Shown one piece after another: positions 13,215 to 25,836 of a DNA stretch of 64,000 nucleotides. The translations under genes were made by a program, and so were the position numbers. The notes beneath the pieces are model-generated. The model ran no database searches and was not told the DNA's origin. It saw only the letters and a program-made list of their open reading frames with translations. Source of the DNA: Takakia lepidozioides (Eukaryota > Plantae > Bryophyta). Within the stretch, counting starts at the first letter, position 1. Each line of letters starts with the position of its first letter. The stretch covers positions 80,352,001 to 80,416,000 of the forward strand of contig CM060732.1 of assembly GCA_030704615.1 (NCBI GenBank), read 5' to 3'.

Positions 13215-13799
13215 TACCGCCAACAGTACCACCAGTACAATACAAATCGCAGAACACACATGGGCAACGTAGCGGAGCCCTCGGGACCGCATGACGTCTG
13301 CGCACCTGGTGAAAATGACACATGATGATGGAGTTACACGTGGGTTTTGATGTCACCGAATCGTGTAACCCAGGTTTGAATTCAAAATATCTGACATCTC
13401 TCGGAGCCCGCCAATTTTTGCCAGGCACCAAGGGGCTATACAAACAGGGGTGATATGCGTTGGGGATAAAGGATGGGGTGACACGAGCTAGGAGTGACAC
13501 GATCGGGGGTTACACGGAGGGGATTGACACAGTATCGGGGTTACATGATGGGGTTACAATGTGAGAGTTACACAATGAGGGTTACACGAGGCGGAGTTAC
13601 AAGGGCTAACGTGTAGAGGATTACAGGGATGATGGGGTTACACGAGAAACTGGAGTTACACGGAGAGGGGTACATGGGATAACATGATACAAGCTTGCAT
13701 TGGGGTTACACGATGCGGGTTACATATGGTGGGGTATACATGGGATCACATAATGGGAGGTTACATGATGCGGGATAACATGGAGTGAGGGTTACACCC

Positions 13800-15125
13800 C
13801 GCGGAGTAACAAAGGGTTACAAAGGGTCATGGGGTTATATGGGTTACAGAGGGTTACATGGAGTGAGGGTTACATGGGGGTGAGGGTGACACTTTGCGGT
13901 GTTACAGAGGGTTACATGGTGGTGAGGGTTACATGGAGTGAGGGTTACATAGGGGTGAGGGTGACACTCTGCGGTGTTACAGAGGGTTACATGGTGGTGA
14001 GGGTTACATGGAGTGAGGGTTACATAGGGGTGAGGGTGACACTCTGCGGTGTTACAGAGGGTTACATGGTGGTAAGGGTTACACCTGGTGAGGGTTACAG
14101 AGGGTCACAGAGGGTTACATGGGGATGAGGGTGACACTCTGCGCTGTTACAGAGGGTTACAGAGGGTTACATGGAGTGAGGGTTACATAGGGGTGAGGGT
14201 GACACTCTGCGGTGTTACAGAGGGTTACATGGTGGTGAGGGTTACACCTGGTGAGGGTTACAGAGGGTTACATGGAGTGAGGGTTACATAGGGATGAGGG
14301 TGACACTCTGCGGTGTTACAGAGGGTTATATGGGCTACAGAGGGTTACATGGTGGTGAGGGTTACACCTAGTGAGGGTTATAGAGGGTCACAGAGGGTTA
14401 CATGGAGTGAGGGTGACACTCTGCGGTGTTACAGAGGGTTACATGGGTTACAGAGGGTTACACCTGGTGAGGGTTATAGAGGGTCACAGAGGGTTACATG
14501 GAGTGACAGTTACATGGGGGTGAGGGTGACACTCTGCGGTGTTACAGAGGGTTACATGGGTTACAAAGGGCTACATGGTGGTGAGGGTTACACCTGAGGG
14601 TTACAGAGGGTTACATGGAGTGAGGGTTACATAGGGGTGAGGGTGACACTCTGCGGTGTTACAGAGGGATACACGGGTTACAGAGGGTTACATGGTGGTG
14701 AGGGTTACAGAGGGTTACATGGTGGTGAGGGTTACACCTGTGAGGGTTACAGAGGGTCACAGAGGATTACATGGGGGTGAGGGTGACACTCTGCGTTGTT
14801 ACAGAGGGTTACATGGTGGTGAGGGTTACACATGGTGAGGGTTACAGAGGGTTACATGGAGTGAGAGTTACATAGGGGTGAGGGTGACACTCTGCGGTGT
14901 TACAGAGGGATACACGGGTTGCAGAGGGTTACATGGTGGTGAGGGTTACAGAGGGTCACTGAGGGTTACATGGAGTGAGGGTTACATGGGGGTGAGGGTG
15001 ACACTCTGCGGTGTTACAGAGGGTTACATGGTGGTGAGGGTTACAGGGGGTTACAGGTGAGGGTTACAAAGGGTCATGGGGTTACATGTGTTGCATAGGG
15101 TTGCAGAGGGTTACATGGGTTACAT
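13800..15125 (-). repeat. Right TIR tandem array (GAGGGTTACA / GGGTGACACTCTGCGGTGTTACA units)
   Basis: Inverted copy of the 1040-2420 array. A looser GGGTTACA zone extends inward to ~13490. Confidence 0.95.
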
Positions 15126-15990
15126 GGTGGTTAGTGATTACCGGCGGACTAGTGTCGCAAAAGACGACAACGCCGATGGGATGAGAGCGGGGGTGGGGAG
15201 GGATTGACCGAGCCCAGCCCGCCGCCTTTCTATGGCTGCCGGAGGCGAAGAACCGGCGGTACGAGGTGTCAGGGCTGAACCATCCTGACACGCTCGCATT
15301 AAGTTCTTACATTATTCCTATTATCTTCCTAAATTTATTGCATCTGAAAATCTTAAGTTGTGCTGACATAATATTCACTTTTGATTTTATGCTCCGCACG
15401 CCGCAGACTCACCTTCCCCAACACCCAACACCCAATCTCAGTACACTAAATTAGGTCTTCTAAGCCAGATTAGTTCATTGAAAATAAATAAAAATCTTAA
15501 TTCTACTCATATTTTTTATTTGATTTGTTCCATTTTGTTTATCAGTTTTCTTGATATTTTTCTTTTTCATTTTTTGCAGAGTTAATCAAGCCACAAAGTT
15601 GGTTTCACCAAATGGTGATGTTATCCCACCCATCTACCCTTTTTTGACCAACACTGGTGATTTAATTCATGCACCCTACATTTCTAGCAAAAATCCACTG
15701 AAGAGACATGTAATATTCTACCACAAAGAGAGCAGCAGCCTTGCTAGCTGCAAAAGACCCAGAGCATACTAGAATATGATTGGATAGGTGGGTTGAGTGA
15801 TGAGCATTGTTTGCTCCATGCCCTGAACTACATGCTGTAGCTGCAGTTGAATTGGAGGGATTGCATCTTCTTGCTTCCTTGGTGTAGGGTTGAGAGATGA
15901 TTCCCCAGTCATGAAACACCTCATCTTGTTTCAACCATAGCAGACAATAGGCTTCCAGCACATATCCCAGTCCTGCCATCACATGTCCTC

Positions 15991-18900
15991 TCATTGCATT
16001 ATTTGTAAGGTTCTCGTCTTGAGCTGCTGGACATATTCGTCCAAATTCTGCTTTGAGGATCCACCCTCTGCCACTGCCTTTCGTGAAAGGACCCTCATCT
16101 CCTCCACCTTTGACTTCACAGCTCGCCCTTGCTCCTCTTGCATCAGAAGCCTCACACTCCTCCTTACTACTTCCTTCTTCACCAATCCGTCTGGTGCTTT
16201 CTGCATCTCTATCGCCAACTTTGCAGAATCTACAAGAAATCTGCACCAACAGCACTATGAATCTCTTCCCAACACCAACTTTATCAACTGGATTAATTGA
16301 CACTCCTGGTCTCAGTATTGAAGCCAAAGCACCTGACAGGTATTCCTCAAGGCTTACATTTCCTCCATCTGGCTCACTACACTTAAAGCACCTTAACTAG
16401 AGTTTCCTCCATCTCGCCCACTGTGAATGCACCTAACTGGAGTCCAAGTGAAATGGAACAAAGTGAACGGACTAATATGATGATTTCAGGGGACCGCTGC
16501 CATCCACATATGCTGTTTTAATGAAGCAGATTGTGTTCATTAATTTTCAAAAATTCAATAGCCGAAGTTGATCTCCGCTCTCCACTATCTGTGTACGCCC
16601 TGGCCTCGTGCAAGAACCAGTAGACAGAATTTCATGTTTTGGTAAGAAGCCCCCAGTGGGTCAGAAAAAGCTGACCTGCAAATCAAGTTCTGCTCTGCAG
16701 TCATCGGCCAGGCGAGCATAGGGATGCCTGTGGTGATACTCTCCAAAGTCGAATTCCATCCACAGTGAGTGAGGAAGCCACCAGTAGCTTGGTGCCTTAA
16801 GATTTGCATCTGTGGCGCCCACCCAGAAAAACATAATCCATGCGCCTTTGTGCGTTCCTCGAAACCTGTAAACCACAATAAAGAGTTTGTCATACTTTTT
16901 ACTTCCCATCTTAACCATGTTCAACTAAACTTATATGTTGGAGTACTAAATGGTGCTCAGGTGGCTCAATACTGGTGGATTCAATTGCAGTGTTTTCCAT
17001 TCCTAGTGCAATGTGTGTGGGAATGAGCAATAAGATGGTTCCACATCTCTTACCTGAAGGGAGGAGAGCAGAGATTGATGGAGGGGCCTTTAAACCAGTG
17101 TCTGGGTGCCGAAGTATCCATAGGAAGGGTTGTTCGCTGGCCTCTAGTCCATGTGCCAGCTCAACGATTTGTTCTGCTGAGATGGTGGCAAAACTCCCAA
17201 ATGAAATGAAGAGAACTGAAGAGGGGGCTTGTGTATTTAGCCATTGTAAACACAGATGTCTTTGCTCTGTGCCTTCCTGCAAGACGTTCTGCGCTGTCTT
17301 ACCACTGCTGAAATGAGACTCAGGTAACAATGGTCCAATGGCCAAGATACGTTCTGTCTGCGATGAAGAAAGCTACTTTGTCAGTACAATGGAAGGGGCT
17401 AACTAGAGTGAAAGCTTAGTTCTCAATCCACATATGAAGTTTTACAAGCCACATTGGGACACCTACATGCATGTGACCTGTGTTCAGTCATGACCTGTGT
17501 TCTGACAGGCAAATGAAATGAAGAAAACTGAAGAGGGGGCCTGTGTGTTCAGTCATTCTACACACGGATTTCATTGGCCTGTGCCATCCAGGATGAGGTT
17601 ATGTGCTGTCTCGCCATTGCAGAAATGAGACTCTGAGATCCAATTGCCAAGATACGTTCTGTCTGCAAAGAGGAAAGGACTTAGTTCTTAATTCCGATCA
17701 GAAGATGCGAATTTTGTGGAAGCAGACTAGGAAAGCATTTTAGAATTCGACAAACCACAAGGAACTCCTACATACATGTGAAATCATGACCAGTATTCTG
17801 GGAGAGCGATTGTTCAATTGCAATATCTCTTCGAGATCGGGCACCAGTAATCTGACTTAGGTAAGATGCCAACATACACATAGAAGTGAAATTGTAGATA
17901 TAGAAAGATGGATTTCAGTAGGCCAGTGTGGCTGCATGCAGAGAGAACACATGTCGAATGTTAGGCAGAAGCAAAAGCTGACCTTAACACCCTCTGTGCT
18001 GGTGATGTGGGCCTGTAGGGCATCAAGGACTGTCCCTTCCAGCTGATGAAAAGTGTTGACTAGAATCAAAGAGGCATTCGGAAAACGCATGTGATTGTAG
18101 ATGGTGAAGTTCCTGAAAACACCTGGGTCTCGCATTGCCGCCGGGAGGTCTGATGGGTGAACGGATGGGACTCCAGGAACGAATGTGATGAGCTCTGACT
18201 GGTTTTCAGGGGTTAGAGGCAAACGACCCTCCTCTACAAGTCTTTTCAACTGTCACAGTAGAACACAAACTTCCTTTTCGTCAGTTCTCAGGACTATTCT
18301 TGTGCTCCCTGCAGTCCGCTTTTCTTATAAGCTCGTTGTACTCCGAGAATTATGCACTGATGGACGTCCTTTACTTGCATACTCTTTGTCAATATGGTCT
18401 ACTAAGTTGACGTCCAGAAGGGCAGACCAAGCGATTGAGGGTGGGGGAAATAAAACCCCCTAAGGTCCGGATTCAATTGGTCAAGGTACACATCGACAGC
18501 ACAGTCAGGACGTGTGTTGGCGCTTCAATTGTAATTTGCAGCCCCCTTCTTCTGCTATGGATGAACAAGCTACCCAGGTATTTCGAGCTTACTCGAAAAA
18601 TACCTAAGGCTTTCAAAATTTACTTTCAGATCAAACTAAATCAGGCGTGTATCGTTGGAAGGCTATTTCTTTGTTTTGTCCCTGAGGGAAAATTGCTCAA
18701 CAGAAAGAACCCTTCGAGGAGGAAGGAGCAGGGAATACCACCCACCACGCCCGAAATCCCTGCTACAAACAGCAATGTTTTTTTCGGTTTCCCTCTGAAA
18801 AACTTAGTTTTGGACCTCATCATCATGAACATATTGTTCTCGGAACTATACCTGAAGGAAGACAGATAGTGCTACAGCGGGGGAGACGAACAACATGTCC

Positions 18901-19343
18901 GTGGCAATGTTCAGCTTGTAGCCCACACACTGAGTCCAAGTTACAAACATGTCGAAGAGGATGCAACAAGGAGCCCCCGCAGCTGGAACCAAGAGCTCTT
19001 CTTCCAGTTCGGCACCTGTCCTGCTTGCTGCTGCCCGCAGATCCAGAATTTTTGCCTCCAACAGGTGACTCAGTTTATCCTCAAATTGCTTTTCCGCTAG
19101 GGCCATCGCAAATTCCGGTACAAGCATTTTGGGCATCCCGTCTCCTAGACCTATGATTGACACACCTTGGGAGCTAAGGTCTCCATATTTTTGCTCTAGT
19201 TCTGGTACCCAGGCATCGAAAATCACTAAGCTGATGGTCACCCCCAGCGCAGACAGCTGCTTGGCGGTTTCAATGAAGGGAATGGTGTGCCCAGCGAAAG
19301 GACTGGGCACCATCACGACATGGGGAGAAGATGACGAAGCCAT
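15991..19343 (-). CDS. UDP-glycosyltransferase (family 1 GT), 5 exons
   Basis: Exons 19343-18852, 18249-17983, 17357-17054, 16865-16676 and 16240-15991. Motifs: PHVVMVP..AGHTIPF (catalytic His), [13 protein letters not shown] box [28 protein letters not shown]...AEQ and GGSS C-terminus. Confidence 0.93.
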
Positions 19344-20994
19344 CGACCCACACAATAAACTCCAGTGTACTTCTCTGCACTGTAGAACTGCGGAAAGCTC
19401 TAATTGCTCACGGCACGAGAAAGTATGACACAAGAAAGAGATGTTGGGCTTCCGACAACCAGCTAAAAAGACTACTGATTACTCGGGGATGTGAAAAGAT
19501 TCAACGCCTCGTGCACATACTTCTGTCAAGCATTTAGGACGCTTGTGGTGCAACACCTCTCTGAGGGATTGGGTATCTCGGAATAGACGCCAAGTATCTC
19601 CCGAGTCCCCCGGATCTCATAGTAGCTAAAGAAGAAATATTGCACAGTTTCCTCCAGTCAACTCTAGCGCAAGCGGGCCCCAACTTCCAAGTGGGGACCA
19701 TGTGGGGCCCTGGATTCCACTAATGCCCATATTCTCTTCTGTCAGACTCTGGATGTAAGAGCGGCCTGTAAAAGCAGGAAGCAGTTGAAGGATTTAAGAG
19801 CATGAACTATCTTTGGCGACTTGAGCCTTGTCCCATCTTAACAGTAATATGCTGGAGCTGATGCTTAAAGAGAGCTTAGACTCTGGGCAGTGTGTTTTGA
19901 GGTGCTAATAGGGTGTGTACTTGGATGTTCGCAGTGTCTGGGATGAAACTGTTTTGATGCTCTGCAGATGGTATGATTGGATCGGGCACTGACTAACTCT
20001 ACGTGTGATTCCCCCTTATCTGCTTAGCACGATTCTACGAGCTATTTCCCCTTTGAAAGTCCATTCCCGGAGAGGAAAGAGGAATGTCCCGGGGTCGGAA
20101 GTGGAGCTTAACACAACCAAGAACTGAATTACAGCGCAGGCATAGGCCCAGAAGATCATCCCCAGCTCCCTCATGGCAATCTCCTCGCAGTTTCCTGACT
20201 TGGAGGTTTGGAGATCACCATATGTACATCCGGCCCGACTTCGCCTTTACAACAACGTAAGCATTAAAACTCTGAAGAATTGCAGGTGCTAGTGTTGAGG
20301 TCACTTCCGTATAGAAAGCATCAATCCACGCATTACTTCAGTTGCTTTTTCAGCCGCTGGTGAGAGCCGTTGAGCACCAAGCGAAGAAACTTCGTGGGAC
20401 AAGGAATCAGTGATTCTTCCTATGCCTGCCAAATCGCCTACTGGAGCTACTAGCACATTTTTCAGCTAATTTACATGCTTTTGTCGAAATTGAACAGCTT
20501 CGCTTCGGAAGCAATCTGTTGAGTAGGTATATAGCCCACAGATGGGAAGAATAAGTAGTCTTAAGGGAAAGTGCAAATAGTATTCTGGCCCCCAACCATG
20601 CAACTGTACACCGTGTGAAGTTAGTAAGAGCAAAACAAAGCTATTTCTTGGAAACACAACAACTAACTGTTAATGTAGATCTGACAAATACCCGGGCAAA
20701 CAGACTAGCAGACAATTCAATGCCAGCTGCCTCGGGTCAGCAAATGTTAATGGTTAAAATGCTTACTGGGCATGGCCACAATCTAATGGAACAATGAAGA
20801 CCTGAACTTACAGTCATCATCATCCTGGCTTGCAACCAGCTCTGGGCATCACATGTCCTCTCATTGAACAGGATGTTCTGGATGTCTTATTGGACTGGAT
20901 TGGATATAGTATATCATTGTTCAGCAATTTGAAGCAACTTTGGCTTGCAATAAATTTGGTAGCAATGGCATCACATGTCCTCTCATTGCACTGC

Positions 20995-23900
20995 TTATAA
21001 GGTTCCCGCCTTTAGCTGGTGGACATATTCCTCCAAATTCTGCTTTGAGGATCCCCCCTCTGCTGCAGCCTTTCGTGCGAGGAGACTCATCTCCTCCACT
21101 TTTGATTTCACAGCCTGCCCTTGCTCCTCTTGCATCAGAAGCCTCACCCCCCTCTCTACTTCTTCCTTCTTCACCAAGCCGTCCGGTCCTTTATGCATCT
21201 CTATAGCCAACTTTACAGAATCCACAAGAAATCTGCAACAAAAGCACCGTGAATCTCTTTCCAAAAACACCTACTTCAGTGATTGGTACATCAATGCTCC
21301 TGATCTCATTATGGAACCAAAGGACCTAACTGGGACTCCTCGAGGCTTACATTTCCTCCATCGAGCTCACTATGACTGGAGTCAAACTGGAGTCAAAGAG
21401 AACAGAGAAAAATATACTTTCAGGGGACAGCTACCATCCGTGAAGTAGATGGTGTTCATATATTGTGGAAAATCCACCAGCCGAAGTAGTTGTTCTCTGC
21501 TCTCCACTATCTGTGTACTTCCAATGACTACTAGACTGAATTTTGGTGAGAAGCCCCCCCAAGAGTGAGGAAAAACTGACCTGCATATCAACTTCTGCTC
21601 TGCCTTCATCGGCCAAGCGAGCATAGGGATGCCTGTGATGATACTCTCTAAAGTGGAATTCCATCCACAGTGAGTGAGGAAGCCACCAGTAGCTTGGTGA
21701 GTTAAAATTTGCATCTGGGGCGCCCACCCAGAAAAACACAATCCATGCTCCTTTGTGCGTTCCTCAAAACCTGTATAACTCAAAATATATCCCGAGTTTG
21801 GACAACTTTCTGATCCCCTGCTTTTTATTCTTCACCTCAATCACGACTACCTTTCACAACCCTTTCCTAGAGTTGAAAACACCTCTGCATACAAAGCTCC
21901 TACCAGCCATATCTTCATCCTGCAACCCCTGGAGATTATTTCTTTACGAGTACGAGCACGAAAGGTAAGTACAAGTACATGGTTGAGGCTGTACAGCACA
22001 AAATGGGCTGATGGCTATGATGGCATCTGATATAACAAGAAATTGGAATACAGCGGGTCATGCGAAGAACCAAAGGACATCAAGTCACTGTACGTTGTAC
22101 CGCAAATGTGGAGGCAATGTCAGGGTATATTGGTCTTGGATAGCATCCAAGCACCGATCAAATGCTGTAATGTGTGACATGTATGGTGCCTAGAAACATT
22201 TCCATTCATTCACAGGGTTGACCATGCTCCCCATTGACGTTTTGTCCAAATAAACTGTCATCGTGCTAAAGATATTAAGGACAAGAAAACAAGTTCAACA
22301 AATGTATATGCCTATTGAACATAGTTGTGGCAAATATTGCGATTTCGGGCCACACCTGACGACTAAGAATGGGTGATGTTTTCCTGGCAGCTAACCTTGA
22401 TTTTATTTGGAACAAAGAACTTTGACTCACCTGTGGATTTTTATATGCCACAGTCGATGTACCAGAATGAGAATGGGAAGATACAGTTGTCTCTGGACTG
22501 GGGCAACATTCGGTATGACAAAACCAGTAGTAAGCTGTATGTGGCTTATTCAACTAAACTCATAGGTTCTACATGGTTTTCAGATGGGTCAACACTGGAC
22601 AACGGATTCTATAGCAATGCCTTGTTCAATGCATGTTGGAATGAACAATAACATGTTCAATCAACCTTTCTGAGATGCCATATCTTTTACCTGAAGGGAG
22701 GAAATGGCAGATCGATGGAGCCTCTAAACCTGACGTATGAGGATCATCTGGGGGTCGAAGTATCCATAAGAAGGGTTGCTTGCTGGCTTCTAGTCCACAC
22801 GCCAGCTCGATGATTTGTTCTGCTGAGATGGTGGCAAAACTTCCAAATGAAATGAAGAGAACTGAAGAGGGGGCCTGTGTATTGAGCCATTGTAGACACA
22901 GATGTCTTTGCCCTGTGCCTCCCTGCAAGATGTTCTGTGCTGTCTTGCCACTGCTGAAATGAGACTCTGGGAACAATGGTCCAATGGCCAAGATACGTTC
23001 TGTCTGCGATGAAGAAAGATATATTGTCAGTATACTGGAAGGGGCTAACTATAGTGAAAGCTTGGTTCTCAATCCACATATGAAGTGTTGAATTTTGAAA
23101 TTTTACAAGCCACAATGGGACACCTACATGCATGTGTGTTCTGACGGGCAGTTGTTCATATGCAGGGCACACTAGATACATCTTCTACTTTATATGCAAG
23201 TAAGCACAGAATTCCATCCACTGTCCTCAATGAGGGTCCTAAACTGATATTCATCTGCATCGTGCACCAGAAACTCGCACTAGGCACAATGACATACAAA
23301 TAGGACTGAGTCTTAGACTCATAAAGACGTTGTTGAAGTGTTAAGTAGAAGCAAGAGCTGACCTTCACACCCTCTGTCCCGATGACTTGGGTCTGTAGCG
23401 CATCCAGGACTGTCCCTTCCAGATCATGAAAAGTGTTGACTAGAATTAAAGAGGCCTTTGGATAACGGATATGATTGCGCATGGTAAAGTTCCTGAAATG
23501 AACTGGATTTGCCAGTGAGTCCTGGAGGTCTGATGGGTGGAGGGATGGGACTCCAGGGACAAATGTGATTAGCTCTGACTGGTTTTCTGGGGTCAAAGGC
23601 ACACGACCCTCCTTTATGAGTCTCTTCAACTGCCATCAGAAGAGGACAAAACTCCTTTTTGTCAGTCACCCCTATTTTTATATGAGCTTCTTGTACTCCC
23701 AGCATCCCCCTTTCCTTCTGAGCTCCTTGTACTCACAGGAACCACACCCTCATGGCATCATGCAGAATTCAAGTATACTACTACATTGCTGGGCACAAGG
23801 GTGCCGCAAGAGATTGAGAGTTTGGGAATCGAAAGCCCACTAAATTACAGATTGGGCAGGTCAAGGGACAGGAAAAGTCATATAAAGATGTATACAATTG

Positions 23901-24718
23901 TGCTACATGTTGCGTACAGTACATGCATTTTGCTCTGGTTGGCTTCATTGAAATGCAGGATACAGTCAGAATGGTAGATTGACACTTCAATCTGTAGAAT
24001 AGCAGTTTCTGACAGCCCCTTGGATGGACACAGTTCTTTACAAGCTACCTAAGCATTTTGTGAATACTTGAGCAAACAACACCTACGGCTTTCGACGCTT
24101 ACTTCCACACCAAATCCCACTAGCTGTGTATCGTTGGCAGGTTGTTGTCAGTTCCCCAACGGAGAATCCTGTTTGGAACCTCATCATCATCAACATATTG
24201 TCTTCGGATTATACCTGCAAGACGACAGAGAGTGCTATCGCTGGGGAGACGTACAACATGTGCGTCGGAATGTTGAGCTTGCATCCAACATCCTGAGTCC
24301 AAGCTACAAACATGTCGGCGAGGATGCAACAAGGAGCCCCCGCAGCTGGAACCGACCTGAGATCTTCTTGCGGCCCGGCCCCTGTCCTGCTTGCTGCTGC
24401 CCTCAGAGCCAGAATTTTTGACTCCAACAGGCCAGTCATTTTCTCCACATATTGATCTTCTCTTAAGAACATCGCTAGTTCCATTGTACCCATTCTGGGC
24501 GTCCCGTCTCCTATGCCTATAAATCGCAGAGCCAAGCCTTGAGAGCTAATAAGATCTCCATATTTTTCCTCGAGTTCTGCAACATGGAAATCCAAGCTCA
24601 CGAAGCTGATGGTCACCCCCAGCGCAGAAAGCTGCTTCGCTGCTTCAACGAAGGGAATCGTGTGTCCAGCCATAGGGGTGGGCACCATCACCACATGTGG
24701 AGAAGATGGCGAAGCCAT
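20995..24718 (-). CDS. UDP-glycosyltransferase, tandem paralogue, 5 exons
   Basis: Exons 24718-24215, 23629-23363, 23003-22691, 21770-21581 and 21232-20995. Same intron positions and PSPG box as the neighbouring copy. Confidence 0.93.
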
Positions 24719-25836
24719 TGATCGAACAAGAAACCAACCAATTACATCACTACTGTAAGTCGCACCCACACGCTGAGTCCCTTATGGCAGTCTCCTTGCA
24801 GTTTATTCACTTTGAAGATTTCGAACTCACAATAGCAATTGCTAGGTACAGGTGGCCCCTGAACTTCGCCTCCAAACCAAGATTCTCAGTTCGGCCGACA
24901 GTAATGGCATCGACCGTCCGTCCTTCCTCTGGACATCTGGGCCCACAGTCAAATGGCGTCTGCGGCCGCACGCTGCTGACCTTCGTAGTTCGTGACTCAC
25001 GCATCTGCAACTCTTCATACCTCAGTATCGGAGTCACCTTTTCTATTCTAGATTAACGACTGGTCAAAAGCTCGACCATTGCGATTTTGTTACAATGCAC
25101 CCTTGCAAGATGTATCTATCATCGAAGACAGATGGGTTTAATTATTTCTGGAGCAAATTAGTCCAGAGCGTTCAAACAATACAATGAATGGAGAGACTGA
25201 AGAGACGTGCACACCATATACGGATCGGTAGGCGTGTGGGCCTTTTCAAACTCGACAAATTTCCATGCAAGTGGTGCTGCTCCTCACTTCAAGCAAGCTC
25301 AGACACACACCTAAAGCTCCGGACAGACTTCACGTTGTCAGAGTCACACTTTTTCCTGACAACGCAAGAAGACACGGCTATCCTCAGTTTGTGCGGTCCT
25401 CGCTGGTCCTTCTATTGTTGCTGTCGCTGACATATGATAAATAGAAAAACTTGACACAAAAGTCGCAGTTTCACACTACTATATGTCTAGATTTGTGCTT
25501 TCTACTCTATCTATTTCAATATATGCTGATTTATTTGGGTAGTAGGAAGTGTTCTTGGTTCTTTCTAAGGGGCAAGTCTCTTGGGGCTGGGGAGGCGATT
25601 GGTAGTGCCCATGGAACCTGGCACTTGGACTCGGATGTATATCTGATCTGCAGCCCCATCAGGTTGTGGAAGGCTGCACGCGTGCTCTGGATAAACCAGG
25701 CTAACAGTTATGTGGGATTTGCTAGCACCAATAGATATTGATCTAAACTGTACTAGCTAGCCTAGCACAGTGATGAGACAACCAAATACTGATCTAACAC
25801 CACGGCCAACTGTGTGACTTTGAAACAGTCTCAAAG

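Larger units (their letters stand above)
820..15340. mobile_element. Mutator-superfamily (MULE) DNA transposon with long foldback-type TIRs, a transposase and a Ulp1-protease gene
   Basis: 820-1100 is the approximate reverse complement of 15060-15340 (e.g. GGAAGATAATAGGAATAATATAAGAACTTAATG vs CATTAAGTTCTTACATTATTCCTATTATCTTCC; CAGCCCTGACACC vs GGTGTCAGGGCTG). Inverted tandem arrays lie inside these ends. Convergent MULE transposase and C48 protease genes are internal. Exact termini and TSD were not identified. Confidence 0.85.

Noticed and set aside
19560-20450. Possible gene fragment between the UGTs
   Set aside because: No recognisable motif or long ORF.
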